From contig JAWSUS010000004.1 of assembly GCA_033549025.1 (NCBI GenBank), positions 32,001-96,000 of the forward strand: DNA of 64,000 bases. Reading direction: 5' to 3'. The DNA is from Desulfuromonadales bacterium. Lineage in GTDB: Bacteria; Desulfobacterota; Desulfuromonadia; Desulfuromonadales; SZUA-540. Under the pieces are notes generated by a model. It ran no database searches. It saw only the letters and a list, made by a program, of their open reading frames with translations, and was not told the origin of the DNA. Below are positions 40,788 to 51,626 of this stretch, piece by piece (positions within the stretch are counted from its first letter, which is position 1; the number at the start of each line of letters is the position of its first letter). A program made the position numbers and the translations under genes.

Positions 40788-43700
40788 ATGTTGAATCGCA
40801 GTTTCATAATCCTTTTTTTCTGCATTGCCCTGGTGACAGGAGCCGATGCCTCCAGGGCGGCTGACGCGGCCTCGTTTCTGGCGACGCCTGACCTGGGAGT
40901 TCGGGAAACCACCCCCCGTGGTGAGGCGGTGGAAATGCATTTGCCAACCGACGAGACGTATACGCCCTGGCTCCACGACCCTGACCTTTTCATGGAGGAG
41001 CAGGGTGATCGGGTGGAGACGCATGAGGTGGTGGAGGAAGATGTCAACACGATCAAGCTCGACAACTTGGTGCCGCCGATCCACTTCCAGCTCGGGGCGG
41101 TGGACATCCCCGAGGAATACATCGAAAAACTGCGGGATGTTCTGCACGGCATGCGTGATAGGGACAATGTGCGTCTGCATTTCGTCGGCCACAGTGACTC
41201 CCTGCAACTGAGCCCGGCACTGCAAGAGCGCTATGGTGACAATGTTGGTCTGTCCCGGGAGCGTGCCGGAACAACGGCCGAGTACTTTCAGCAGGCTCTC
41301 GCTCTTCCCCCGGAAGCCATTTCCTATGAGGGCATGGGCGACAGCCAGCCCGTCGCCAGTAATGCGACCGAAGCTGACCGCGCTCTTAACCGGCGTGTGG
41401 AAGTCCAGGTCTGGTATGACGAGATTACCGAAAGGATGGTTGAGAAGGAAGTCATCGTCCCGCGTGAGGTCAGTCTTGTCCAGGTATGCCGTAGCGAGAC
41501 CGTCTGCAAGTTGCGCTACAAGGAGGGGCATGCCCATCGGGCCCGGGTTAAAAATCTCATTGTTCCCCTGCGCTACGACGAGGGGATGATAACCGTTCCC
41601 GAGGAATTTGTGCAGCAGGTGGGGCAGGCGTTGAAGAATCTCGACCGCAAGCAGAACGTGGTCGTTAAGTTCATCGCCTATACGGACAATTCACGGCTTT
41701 TTGGCCGGGACGAGCGTATCTACGGCAATCAGCTCGGGTTGTCGAAAGCCGTCGCCCGCCGGGTGTCCCTGGCTGTTCAGGAGGCGCTCGGTCTGCCCAA
41801 CATTGCCGTTGAAAGCGAGGGCAAGGGGGCGGTAAGCCCGGTTGCGTCCAATGAGACGGAACAGGGTCGCGCTTTGAACCGTCGGGTTGAAGTGGAATTC
41901 TGGCATGATGACCCGCTGCAGGATCTGCCGGATGAACCGCAGCTCTGCCCGGAAGACGCTGGCGCCGAAACCCTGACCCGGGTGTACCATTCCCCTTCCG
42001 GTGAGATCGAGCCGATCCTGTTCGAAAACGGCAAGCCGGTTATTCCGGCAGGCACAGCCGAACATCTGCGCCGGATCATGGATGAAATAACGGACAAGGC
42101 CAATGCGCGTCTGCGTTTTGTCGGCTATGCCAGCAACGAGCGTCTGGATCGACGCACGGCCGCGGTTTACGGGGATGATATCGGCCTCTCCACGTCAAGG
42201 GCCCGCCGAACCATGGAAGCCTTGCGCGGCCAAATGGGGCTTGGTGAGCAGCAGGTGGAATTCGAAGGGCGGGGGTATGTGCAATCCGATGACGTGGTGA
42301 ACAGCGGCTTTGTCGAGTCCGATACCTCGCGCGTCGTCGTGCAAGTGGTTTATGACGAGTTGGTTGCCCTTGATGATTACGAGGGGGTCGATATCGTCCG
42401 TTTAACGCGTGAAGTCGTCACCGGCAACCCCTTTGCGTTGAATCTGATGCGCATTTCCGTGGATGGCAAACCGATTGACGACCCGGGCAAAAGTATTCCG
42501 GATGTACAGCGCTGCATCGACGTAGCCCTTGACGAGGCGCACATCGAATTCACACACGACAGTCTGAAGCTGCAGCCGCGTCTTAATGTGACCGCCTGGC
42601 CCCGTGTCATCCGCTATCAAGATCGGGATGATACGGAATTTGCCGAAAATCAGGTTCATTTCCGTCTTTACAGCAACTATCGCAGTTTCATCGAGCGGGC
42701 CGAGGTCAGGATCTTTGCTGAAGAGCAGTCCGAGCGCGATGTGCCCTATGCCGTCATCGAGATGGATTCGGCAGGCATGGCCCAGTGGCAGGCTGATTTT
42801 CAGACCTTTAGCGCGCCGGGGCGTAAACTGAAGTACCTGGTGCGAGTCTATGACACGGCAGGACGCTTCGATGAGACCTCCGCCCAGTGGTTGGCCATCA
42901 TGGACGAGATCGATCCGGCGGTGACCGCCACGAACCCTCAGGAGGAACTGTTGGTTGGATATGGCGAGAGCCGTATTGCCAGCCGGAATATTCCCCTGCA
43001 GGGTGGCACGGTCAAAGCCCTGGGCACGTCCATTCCGGCGGAGCATGGCGTCTGGCTGGCCGGCAACAGCGTACCGGTGGATAAAAACGGACACTTTGTG
43101 GCCGAAGAAATCCTGCCGGATGGACTGCATACCGTTGAGGTGGCAGTGCTTGACAAGGCCGGAAACGGACATCTTTATCTGCGGGATCTGTCGCTGGATA
43201 AGAATGACTGGTTCTATGTGGGGATCGCCGATCTGACCGCTTCGGCCAACAAGACCAACGGCCCGGCCAAACTCCTTGCACCGGACAAACCACAATATAG
43301 CGATGATCTGAGTGTTCAGGGGAGACTGGCCTTCTATACCAAAGGGAAGTTCGGAGACGGCTGGGGATTGACTGCCAGCGCCGACACCCGGGAAGGGGCG
43401 CTTGACGAAATCTTCTCCAATTTCCTGGACAAGTCGCCGGAGGCCCTGTTCCGGCGCATCGATCCCGAGTACCACTTGCCGACCTATGGAGACGACAGCA
43501 CCGTTACCGAAGACGCGCCGACCCTGGGCAAGTTTTATCTGCGCTTGGCCAAGGACAATAATTACGCTCATTGGGGCAATTTCAAGATCAGCTACCTCGA
43601 CAATACCATCGCCCACGTTGATCGTGGACTGTACGGCGCCAATCTGCACTATCAGACCGAGTCCACGACCAGCTTCGGCGAGCAACGTTTCCTGGCAGAC

Positions 43701-45938
43701 GGTTTTGCCGCCGAACCGGGGACGGTGGCCGGGCGGGACGAATTCAGGGGGACGGGAGGCTCCCTCTACTTTCTGCGTCGTCAGGATGTTCTGCAGGGAT
43801 CGGAGCGGATCCGCATCGAGGTTCGCGATAAAGATTCCGGGTTGGTGTTGGAGGCCAAGAACCTTACTCCGGGGCTCGATTACGATTTTGACTACCTGCA
43901 GGGACGTGTCCTGTTGGCTCAGCCCCTCTCCGCCACGGCCGACGATAATCTGTTGGTGAAAAGCGACGGGCTCAGTGGCCATGCGGTTTATCTGGTCGTC
44001 CGTTATGAGTTCACCCCGGGCGTGGACGACCTGGACAAAATGGCGACAGGCGGACGGCTCCATTACTGGTTCAATGATCTCCTCAAGGTCGGCCTGACGA
44101 CCAGCAATCAGGAGGACATCGACGGAGAAAGCAAACTCAACGCCGCGGATGTGACTCTGCGTAAATCGTCCGAATCCTGGCTCAAGCTTGAAGCGGGCAG
44201 TAGTGAAGGCGCCGGAGAACGGAACACAACCTCCAATGACGGTGGCTATGCCTTCAACGAAGCTCCACTTCTGGAGGCGGGCACCAAGGCCATGGGGTAT
44301 CGCCTGGACACCAGCGTGGGCTTCAAGGACTTTTTCGCGAAGGGGCGAGGCCGACTGACGTTCTACCATCAGAGCCTCGAAGCCGGCTACGCGACTCCCG
44401 GCCACATCACGAACCGCGATCTTACCCAGTATGGCGGCACTCTGGCTGTTCCACTGTCTGACCAAGTGGAAATGCAACTCAAGGCTGATAAGGCCGAGCA
44501 AAAAGAGGGCCTTGAGACGACCTCGGGCGAACTCAACGCCGACTACAAACTGGATGAACATTGGACGCTCAGTTCGGGAGTCCGGTATGACAGCCGTGAA
44601 GACAACTCGGCGGTGGTGCCTGAAACCCAGGAGGAAGGGAAGCGCACCGATCTGGTCGCCCGTCTGCTGTATGATTCCAGGTCTCGCTGGACTGCCTACG
44701 GTTACGTCCAGGAATCGTTGCAAACGACCCGAAATCGTGACGACAACGGGCGGCTGGGCGCTGGCGGCAGCTATCGCTTGACGGATCGCTTCAGCCTCAG
44801 CGGCGAGGCCTCGGCCGGGGACCTCGGCGCCGGCGGGCAGCTCGGCACGGAGTACCTTTATTCGGATCGAACCACCCTCTACCTCAACTATGCCCTGGAG
44901 AACGAGCGCACGGACAACGGCCTGCGTGCCCGTCAGGGGAATCTGGCCTCGGGCTTCCGCACCCGCTATTCCGACAGCGCCAGCATCTATCTTGAAGAGC
45001 GCTATACTCATGGCGATGTCCCTACCGGCCTGATGCACTCCACCGGCGTTGATCTCGCCCCATTCGATCATGTCAACCTGGGGGCAAACCTCGATTTCGG
45101 CACCCTCAAGGATTACCAGACCGGGGCAGAAACCCAGCGTACGGCCATCGGCGTCAGTGCCGGCTACGGGATCGAAAAACTCAAACTTGCCACGGCTGTC
45201 GAATACCGGGTGGATGAGGCGGAGATGGAGGATGCGAGCAGCTCCAAGCGCACCACCTGGCTTCTAAAGAACAGTCTCAAGTTCCAGTTGTCGGCGGACT
45301 GGCGTCTCCTCGGCAAATTCAACTATTCCCACAGTGAGAGTTCTCAGGGGCAATTCTATGATGGTGAATACACTGAAGCCGTCCTTGGTTACGCCTATCG
45401 CCCGATCCGGTTTGACCGGTTGAATGCGCTCTTTAAATACACCTATTTTTATAATGTGCCGGCTCCTGAGCAGTCGAGTGGACTGCAGGAAAACCAGCCT
45501 TACGAGGAGGTGATCGTGTCGGACAGTTCCTCGACATCTCCTGCCACGAGTGTAATCCAGCGCAGCCATATCTGGTCTGCTGATGTGATGTTCGATCTGA
45601 CCTCGCGTTGGACCATAGGGGCCAAGTACGCCTACCGTCAGGGCGAGGTGAGCATGGAGCGGGAAGATCCGGATTTCTTCACCAGCCGTGCCCATCTTTA
45701 CGTTGTGCGCGTGGATTGGCGTTTCCTCCATCGCTGGGATGCCCTCATCGAGGGTCGGCAACTTGACCTGCCCGACGCGCATGACCAACGCCGGGGTGTC
45801 CTGGTTGGTCTCTATCGCCACCTGGGTCAGCATGTCAAAGTCGGCGCCGGCTACAACTTCGCGGATTTCTCCGACGACCTGACCGATCTGAGTTATAGGC
45901 ACCAGGGATTGTTTATCAATATTGTCGGGATGATGTAG
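40788..45938 (+). CDS. Outer-membrane protein with three tandem OmpA-like domains and a very large predicted beta-barrel
   Basis: Signal peptide. FVGHSD...GLSRERA...NRRVEV, IAYTDN...GLSKAVA...NRRVEV and FVGYAS...GLSTSRA. The C-terminal ~900 aa alternate like amphipathic beta-strands, ending VGAGYNFADFSDDL...GLFINIVG. Confidence 0.8.
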   Translation: MLNRSFIILFFCIALVTGADASRAADAASFLATPDLGVRETTPRGEAVEMHLPTDETYTPWLHDPDLFMEEQGDRVETHEVVEEDVNTIKLDNLVPPIHFQLGAVDIPEEYIEKLRDVLHGMRDRDNVRLHFVGHSDSLQLSPALQERYGDNVGLSRERAGTTAEYFQQALALPPEAISYEGMGDSQPVASNATEADRALNRRVEVQVWYDEITERMVEKEVIVPREVSLVQVCRSETVCKLRYKEGHAHRARVKNLIVPLRYDEGMITVPEEFVQQVGQALKNLDRKQNVVVKFIAYTDNSRLFGRDERIYGNQLGLSKAVARRVSLAVQEALGLPNIAVESEGKGAVSPVASNETEQGRALNRRVEVEFWHDDPLQDLPDEPQLCPEDAGAETLTRVYHSPSGEIEPILFENGKPVIPAGTAEHLRRIMDEITDKANARLRFVGYASNERLDRRTAAVYGDDIGLSTSRARRTMEALRGQMGLGEQQVEFEGRGYVQSDDVVNSGFVESDTSRVVVQVVYDELVALDDYEGVDIVRLTREVVTGNPFALNLMRISVDGKPIDDPGKSIPDVQRCIDVALDEAHIEFTHDSLKLQPRLNVTAWPRVIRYQDRDDTEFAENQVHFRLYSNYRSFIERAEVRIFAEEQSERDVPYAVIEMDSAGMAQWQADFQTFSAPGRKLKYLVRVYDTAGRFDETSAQWLAIMDEIDPAVTATNPQEELLVGYGESRIASRNIPLQGGTVKALGTSIPAEHGVWLAGNSVPVDKNGHFVAEEILPDGLHTVEVAVLDKAGNGHLYLRDLSLDKNDWFYVGIADLTASANKTNGPAKLLAPDKPQYSDDLSVQGRLAFYTKGKFGDGWGLTASADTREGALDEIFSNFLDKSPEALFRRIDPEYHLPTYGDDSTVTEDAPTLGKFYLRLAKDNNYAHWGNFKISYLDNTIAHVDRGLYGANLHYQTESTTSFGEQRFLADGFAAEPGTVAGRDEFRGTGGSLYFLRRQDVLQGSERIRIEVRDKDSGLVLEAKNLTPGLDYDFDYLQGRVLLAQPLSATADDNLLVKSDGLSGHAVYLVVRYEFTPGVDDLDKMATGGRLHYWFNDLLKVGLTTSNQEDIDGESKLNAADVTLRKSSESWLKLEAGSSEGAGERNTTSNDGGYAFNEAPLLEAGTKAMGYRLDTSVGFKDFFAKGRGRLTFYHQSLEAGYATPGHITNRDLTQYGGTLAVPLSDQVEMQLKADKAEQKEGLETTSGELNADYKLDEHWTLSSGVRYDSREDNSAVVPETQEEGKRTDLVARLLYDSRSRWTAYGYVQESLQTTRNRDDNGRLGAGGSYRLTDRFSLSGEASAGDLGAGGQLGTEYLYSDRTTLYLNYALENERTDNGLRARQGNLASGFRTRYSDSASIYLEERYTHGDVPTGLMHSTGVDLAPFDHVNLGANLDFGTLKDYQTGAETQRTAIGVSAGYGIEKLKLATAVEYRVDEAEMEDASSSKRTTWLLKNSLKFQLSADWRLLGKFNYSHSESSQGQFYDGEYTEAVLGYAYRPIRFDRLNALFKYTYFYNVPAPEQSSGLQENQPYEEVIVSDSSSTSPATSVIQRSHIWSADVMFDLTSRWTIGAKYAYRQGEVSMEREDPDFFTSRAHLYVVRVDWRFLHRWDALIEGRQLDLPDAHDQRRGVLVGLYRHLGQHVKVGAGYNFADFSDDLTDLSYRHQGLFINIVGMM

Positions 45939-45986
45939 CTCGATGCTGTTCGAGATATCCAGACCGCAAACGGAAATTAACCACAG

Positions 45987-46526
45987 GTGACAGTTATGCT
46001 CAAAGTTTTGAAAATGATCATTGTGGGGTTAGCGGCAGTGCTGTTGATCCAGCCGGCCTTCGGGCAGGAAGTTTCCAAGGAAGAGATCAAGGGCCTGGAC
46101 GAACAGGTGCAGGAAATCAAGACGGATGTGCTAGGTATCGCGGCAGAACTGAGCCGTCTTGAAGAAAAGCTGCTCTATCCATCCGACACCCAGATCGCTA
46201 TTTTTGTGTCCCTGGCCGAGGGCGAAACCTTTCGGCTCGATGCGGTGGACATCGAACTCGATGGCAAGGAAGTCGCACATCACCTTTATACCTTCAAGGA
46301 ACTCGAAGCTCTGCAAAAAGGCGGGGTGCAGCGCATTTATGTGGGTAACGTCAGAACGGGAGAACATGCCCTGCAGGTTACGGTCAGCGGTAAGTCCGGG
46401 GGAGGTTCCGATTTCCGGAAGCAGGAGAGCTTTACCGTCAGCAAGGATATCGGTCCGCGTCTGGTCGGCCTGGTTCTGGCTGACACCGGCATCGGCAGCC
46501 GACCCATTACCTTGAAGGTTTGGTAG
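45987..46526 (+). CDS. Conserved periplasmic protein of Agl-Glt-like clusters (signal peptide, coiled coil, beta domain)
   Basis: Signal peptide ending PAFG, coiled coil, LEEKLLYP and HLYTxxELxALxxGGVQRIY. No HTH is visible. Start may be ATG 45996. Confidence 0.65.
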   Translation: MTVMLKVLKMIIVGLAAVLLIQPAFGQEVSKEEIKGLDEQVQEIKTDVLGIAAELSRLEEKLLYPSDTQIAIFVSLAEGETFRLDAVDIELDGKEVAHHLYTFKELEALQKGGVQRIYVGNVRTGEHALQVTVSGKSGGGSDFRKQESFTVSKDIGPRLVGLVLADTGIGSRPITLKVW

Positions 46527-46529
46527 TTC

Positions 46530-48419
46530 ATGGCCAGGTTGATTCTCATACTGGCTGGTCTGTTGTTAGCGACCCCGTCGCTCGCAGCCAGCAAAGCCCC
46601 CTCCGCTGCCCTGCGGGATGTTTATTTCGGGGAGGCGCTCTATCATGCCTATCAGGGGGAGTGGTTTGACGCCATCGCACGTCTTGATACCGAGCTGGGG
46701 CAGTACTACGGGCTGGATGAGCCTGAGCTCGATACCCTCCATTTCCATGTCAATCATGCGAAATTTTCCGTCGGTGACTTCGAGCTGGCCTATCGCATGC
46801 ATCATCGGGCCGGGCGGGCAATCTCGGCGGTGATAGAGGGAAATGTCGAGGAACCCGTTCGCAACGAGGCGATTTATCGCCTGTCCCGAATCTATTTTCA
46901 GAAGGATCAGCCCGTCAATGCCCTGCATGCCCTGGAACGCCTGCGCGGTGAGATTCCCAGCACCATTCGTGACGACGTCGAGTTTCTGCGCGGCCAGATT
47001 TTGCTGGCGGTCGGACGTTTTCAGGAGGCGGCCGGGATCTTCAAGGATTTGCAGGGCTCCAAAAAATATGCGGGTTTTTCCACCTACAACCTCGGCATCG
47101 CTTTGATCAAAGAGGGCCAGGAAGTTGAGGGGCGACAGTTCCTGGATCGCACCGGCCAGTTGCTCAGCGAGGAACCGGCCACGTTGGCCATCAAGGATAA
47201 AGCGAATCTTGCCCTTGGTTACAAACTGCTCGATGATCATGCCGATGAAAGCGCCAGCGCCGTGTTGGAGCGTGTTCGCCTGAACGGGCCCTTCTCCAAT
47301 CGCGCCCTTCTGGGCTGGGGGTGGGCCGATGCCTCGCAAGGCCGTTTTGAACGGGCCCTTGTCCCTTGGAACATCCTGGCGCAGCGCGAGGTGACCGATC
47401 CCGCCGTGCAGGAAGCCTTGCTGGCCGCACCCTATGCCTATGGAAAACTCAACGTTTTTGGTCGGGCGGCGGTGCTGTATGGCAAGGCGCTGGAGGCTTT
47501 CGGACAAGAGATAGACCGGCTCAGTGCCTCGATCAAGTCGGTGCGGGAGGGGAAGTTTCTGGAGGCGCTGACGCGGGAAGAACTGAAGCAGGATGCCAAC
47601 TGGGTGGTCAAACTGCGTCAGCTGCCGGAGACGCCCGAAACCTATTACCTTCTCGAGTTGATGTCGTCCCACGACTTCCAAGAGTCCCTGAAGAACTACC
47701 TCGATCTGGATGTGCTAGAGAAGAAGCTGAGCACCTGGGAGGGTGGCCTGGATGCCTTTGAGGATATTATCCGGCATCGTCGCGCCTATTATGAGCCGCT
47801 GCTCCCCGAAATCGACCAAGCCTTCCGGCAGCTCGACTCACAGATTCGGCTGCGCCTTGAACAAAGGGATCGGATCGAGAAACGCCTGCAGTCCATGTTG
47901 GTGGCACCGCGCCCTGATTACCTTGCCACGGCCCAGGAGCGGATTGTTTTGGAGCGCCTACGGCAGCTGGAGCAGACGATGACTGCCAGCGACGCCGCCG
48001 CAGCCGACAAGGCGCGGGAACGCATCAAGCGATTGCGGGGACTGCTGGCCTGGGACATCGCCACGGAATACGACCAGCGTCTCACGGAAACCTATAAAAA
48101 CCTGGATGAGTTGAATGAAGTGGTGGAACAGTTGAAGAAGCAGTACAACGCCTTTGTTCGGACTCGTCAGGCGGCGACGCAAAGCTATGAAGGGTATGGG
48201 GACGGAATCGGCCGGCAGCGAATTCTTATTGCGGCGGCCAGGGAGAGGGTCAGGATCCTGGGTGCGCGCCAGGGAGACATGCTTGAAACCATGGCGGTCA
48301 ATGAACTCTCCAAACGTCGCGAGCGACTGGAGCAGTACCAGATCACGGCGCGTTTTGCCATCGCCGACAGCTATGACCGGGCCACCAAGGCACAGAATCA
48401 GAAGAGTGTTGGCGAATGA
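46530..48419 (+). CDS. Periplasmic TPR and coiled-coil protein (GltC-like)
   Basis: Signal peptide, TPR helices, ALLGWGWA, long C-terminal coiled coil ending ARFAIADSYD. Position in cluster. Confidence 0.7.
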   Translation: MARLILILAGLLLATPSLAASKAPSAALRDVYFGEALYHAYQGEWFDAIARLDTELGQYYGLDEPELDTLHFHVNHAKFSVGDFELAYRMHHRAGRAISAVIEGNVEEPVRNEAIYRLSRIYFQKDQPVNALHALERLRGEIPSTIRDDVEFLRGQILLAVGRFQEAAGIFKDLQGSKKYAGFSTYNLGIALIKEGQEVEGRQFLDRTGQLLSEEPATLAIKDKANLALGYKLLDDHADESASAVLERVRLNGPFSNRALLGWGWADASQGRFERALVPWNILAQREVTDPAVQEALLAAPYAYGKLNVFGRAAVLYGKALEAFGQEIDRLSASIKSVREGKFLEALTREELKQDANWVVKLRQLPETPETYYLLELMSSHDFQESLKNYLDLDVLEKKLSTWEGGLDAFEDIIRHRRAYYEPLLPEIDQAFRQLDSQIRLRLEQRDRIEKRLQSMLVAPRPDYLATAQERIVLERLRQLEQTMTASDAAAADKARERIKRLRGLLAWDIATEYDQRLTETYKNLDELNEVVEQLKKQYNAFVRTRQAATQSYEGYGDGIGRQRILIAAARERVRILGARQGDMLETMAVNELSKRRERLEQYQITARFAIADSYDRATKAQNQKSVGE

Positions 48420-51400
48420 AGCGATTGCGACTGATTTTTATAGCCGTACCTGTGTTACTTGCCGCCTGCCAATCAGGCAGCAGCAGGGAAACGATCGCCC
48501 AGTTGCGCCATGTAAAGATCGATATTCAAGAAGAGGCAATCGCTGGCGGCCTTGAAAAAGCCATGGAGAGTTATCGGCGTTTTCTGGAAGAAACGCCCGA
48601 ATCGGCGTTGACACCAGAGGCGATTCGGCGTCTGGCTGACTTGAAAATTGAGCGGGAGTATGGTTTCGCCAGCGAAGCGGACACCAACCGGGATGACAGC
48701 GAGGTTTCGGTGTTGCCCGCTCCGGAGAGGGCTCAGGGGGCGAAGATCACCGCACCGACCGCGGAAGAAGAGCCGCTCGCTGCCCGGATTGAAACGCAGA
48801 CGGATTTTGAACAGCGGGCGACCCAGGCTGAATCCATCGCCCCTTCCGAAACGAGCGCTGAGGGGCTTCCCGGAGAGATTGAAGAGCTCGAACGGGCTGG
48901 GGCGCGGGAGGCGATTGAACTGTATCAGAAGTTGCTGGCCAAATATCCCCTGTATGAGCGCAACGACCAGGTATTGTACCAGATGTCCAGAGCCTATGAA
49001 GAATTGGGACAGGTCGAAGAGGCCATGGAAGTGATGAATCGCCTGGTCCGAGACTTTCCACACTCCCGTTATATCGACGAGGTGCAGTTCAGGCGTGCGG
49101 AGTTCTTTTTTACCCGCAAACATTATCTCGACGCGGAAGAATCCTACAAACGTGTTGTGGAAATGGGCGTCAGTTCCACATATTTCGAGCTCGCGCTATA
49201 CAAACTGGGATGGGCCTATTACAAACAGGAACTCTACGAAGAGGCCGTGCATAATTTCGTTGCCTTGCTGGATCACAAGGTCTCTAGGGGGTATGACTTT
49301 GCCCAGTCCCACGATGATCTCGAGCGCAAGCGTATTGACGATACCTTCCGCGTCATCAGCCAGAGTTTCTCGTACCTTGGCGGCGCCGATTCCGTCATGG
49401 AATACCTCGATAATTACGGCAAACGCAGCTATGAGGATCTCCTCTTCAGCAATTTAGGTGAATTCTATTTCGAAAAGCGGCGTTACAGCGATTCCGCGGC
49501 CGCTTACAATGCCTTTATCAGTCGCAATCCTTACCATCGCGTGTCGCCGCAGTTCCACATGCGCGTCATTGAGATTCACATGGCCGGAGGCTTCCCGACC
49601 CTGGTCATCGAGTCCAAGAAATCCTTTGCCCGCAATTACGGACTCAAGGCTGACTACTGGGAATATTTCGAACCGACGGATCGTCCCGATGTTATGGGAC
49701 TTCTGAAAGGCAATTTGACTGATCTGGCCCAGCATTATCATGCGTTGTACCAGGATCCCAAACAGGTCAAGGAAAAGGGGGAGAACTTCAGGGAGGCGCA
49801 GCACTGGTACGAGGAGTTTCTGGTCTCATTCCCGCAGGATGTTGAATCGCCGGGGATCAACTATCAATTGGCTGAGCTGCTGCTGGAGAATCATTCCTTT
49901 GCCCGGGCGGCGGTGGAATACGAAAAGACGGCCTACAACTACCCCCGTCACGACAAATCGTCCGCCGCTGGTTACGCGGCCATCTATGCCTATCGCGAAT
50001 ATCTGCGCGTTGCTGCCCCGGAGGAGAAGAGCAGGGTCAGACGCGAGACCGTGCGCAGTTCGCTTACCTTTGCCGAGACGTTTCCCGAGCACGAAAAGGC
50101 TGCCATCGTCCTGGGAGCGGCTGCGGATGATCTGTTTGATATGAAGGACTTTGAACAGGCTCTTGCCGCGGCACGCCGACTGCTGGAGGTGTTCCCTGAA
50201 GCCGCCCAAAAGGTCCGTCGCTCGGCCTGGATCGTCGTCGGACATTCCTGCTATGAGCTTGAGCGTTACGCCGAGGCTGAAGCCGGCTACGTGCAGGTTC
50301 TCGCTCTGCTTTCCCCCGAGGACAAGAATCGCCCCGGCTTTATCGACAATCTGGCGGCGGCCATTTACAGGCAGGGGGAGGAGGCCAATGTCCGGCAGGA
50401 TTATCGTGCAGCCGCCGATCATTTTCTGCGTGTCGGACGCATGGCACCGGCTTCCAAAATCCGGGAGAATGCCGAATACGATGCTGCGGCCGCCCTGATT
50501 CAGCTCAAGGACTGGAACGCCGCCGCCACGGTGCTGGTCGGTTTTCGGGAACTTTTTCCCGGGCACGCGCTGCAGCCCGAAGTGACCAAAAAAATAGCCT
50601 TTGTTTACAGGGAAGACGGTCAGCTGGCCATGGCTGCCGGCGAATACGAACGTGTCGAGCGGGAATCCAAGGATGACGAGGTAAGACGAGGCGCTCTCCT
50701 GCTGGCCGCGGAGCTGTATCAGCAGGCCGGGGACAGCCGACAGACGCTTGTGGTCTATCGACGTTTTGTGACTTATTTCCCCCAGCCCGTCGAGATGAAT
50801 CTGGAAATGCGCAACAAAATCGCGGTCATTCTGAAGGAGGAAGGGGATCAGAAAAACTACTTGCTCGAGCTTAAAGATATCGTCGCCATTGATGCAGGCG
50901 CGGGGCGTGAACGGACCGCAAGAACGCGCTATCTGGCCGGCACGGCTGCGCTTGTCTTGGCCGAGCAGACTTTTGACCGGTTCGTGGAAGCACGGCTGGT
51001 CGCGCCCTTCGAGGTCAATTTGCGCAAGAAGCAGGAATTACTGAAGGCCTCGACTCAGGCCTTCAATAAGCTGATCGAGTATGAGGTTGGCGAGGTCACA
51101 GCGGCGGCCACATTTTATCTGGCCGAGATTTACGCGCACTTCAGCAAGGCCTTGATGGAGTCCGAGCGTCCTTCCGGCCTGAATGCCCTGGAGCGGGAAG
51201 AGTATGAACTGGCGCTTGAAGAGCAGGCGTATCCTTTTGAGGAAAGAGCGATTCAGATCCACGAGAAAAATCTGGAGCTGATCATGATCGGCATCTATAA
51301 CCCCTGGATTGAGCAGAGCCTCGCCAAGCTGGCCGTGTTCGTGCCGGCACGTTATGACAAGTCGGAAGTTTCGGCCGAGGTCATTGCTTCTCTGGAGACA

Positions 51401-51604
51401 TACAGCTTCGAGATCGAGAAACCGGTATTGCCGCCCCCCGTGCCCGAGGTCGAGAATGTGCCAGCCGCAGAAACGACTGACTCAACGGTGGAGGGTGGCC
51501 TCGCCGAGGATGTAGACGGACATGACGACTTGGGCACCTCCGATACGGTGCCGCCATCGCAGGAGCCTTCCCCTCAAGAGGAAGCCCAGGCGCCTTCGGT
51601 GTGA
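48416..51604 (+). CDS. Large TPR lipoprotein (GltD/AgmU-like)
   Basis: Lipobox LAAC; many TPRs (DQVLYQMSRAY, ALYKLGWAYY); C-terminal EYELALEEQAYPFEERAI...YNPW; acidic tail. Confidence 0.75.
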   Translation: MKRLRLIFIAVPVLLAACQSGSSRETIAQLRHVKIDIQEEAIAGGLEKAMESYRRFLEETPESALTPEAIRRLADLKIEREYGFASEADTNRDDSEVSVLPAPERAQGAKITAPTAEEEPLAARIETQTDFEQRATQAESIAPSETSAEGLPGEIEELERAGAREAIELYQKLLAKYPLYERNDQVLYQMSRAYEELGQVEEAMEVMNRLVRDFPHSRYIDEVQFRRAEFFFTRKHYLDAEESYKRVVEMGVSSTYFELALYKLGWAYYKQELYEEAVHNFVALLDHKVSRGYDFAQSHDDLERKRIDDTFRVISQSFSYLGGADSVMEYLDNYGKRSYEDLLFSNLGEFYFEKRRYSDSAAAYNAFISRNPYHRVSPQFHMRVIEIHMAGGFPTLVIESKKSFARNYGLKADYWEYFEPTDRPDVMGLLKGNLTDLAQHYHALYQDPKQVKEKGENFREAQHWYEEFLVSFPQDVESPGINYQLAELLLENHSFARAAVEYEKTAYNYPRHDKSSAAGYAAIYAYREYLRVAAPEEKSRVRRETVRSSLTFAETFPEHEKAAIVLGAAADDLFDMKDFEQALAAARRLLEVFPEAAQKVRRSAWIVVGHSCYELERYAEAEAGYVQVLALLSPEDKNRPGFIDNLAAAIYRQGEEANVRQDYRAAADHFLRVGRMAPASKIRENAEYDAAAALIQLKDWNAAATVLVGFRELFPGHALQPEVTKKIAFVYREDGQLAMAAGEYERVERESKDDEVRRGALLLAAELYQQAGDSRQTLVVYRRFVTYFPQPVEMNLEMRNKIAVILKEEGDQKNYLLELKDIVAIDAGAGRERTARTRYLAGTAALVLAEQTFDRFVEARLVAPFEVNLRKKQELLKASTQAFNKLIEYEVGEVTAAATFYLAEIYAHFSKALMESERPSGLNALEREEYELALEEQAYPFEERAIQIHEKNLELIMIGIYNPWIEQSLAKLAVFVPARYDKSEVSAEVIASLETYSFEIEKPVLPPPVPEVENVPAAETTDSTVEGGLAEDVDGHDDLGTSDTVPPSQEPSPQEEAQAPSV

Positions 51605-51626
51605 CACAGGTAAGGATTAACATTCG

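Noticed and set aside
45987..46526. Transcription-factor (AraC-like) call for the small gene
   Set aside because: It has a signal peptide and no helix-turn-helix.
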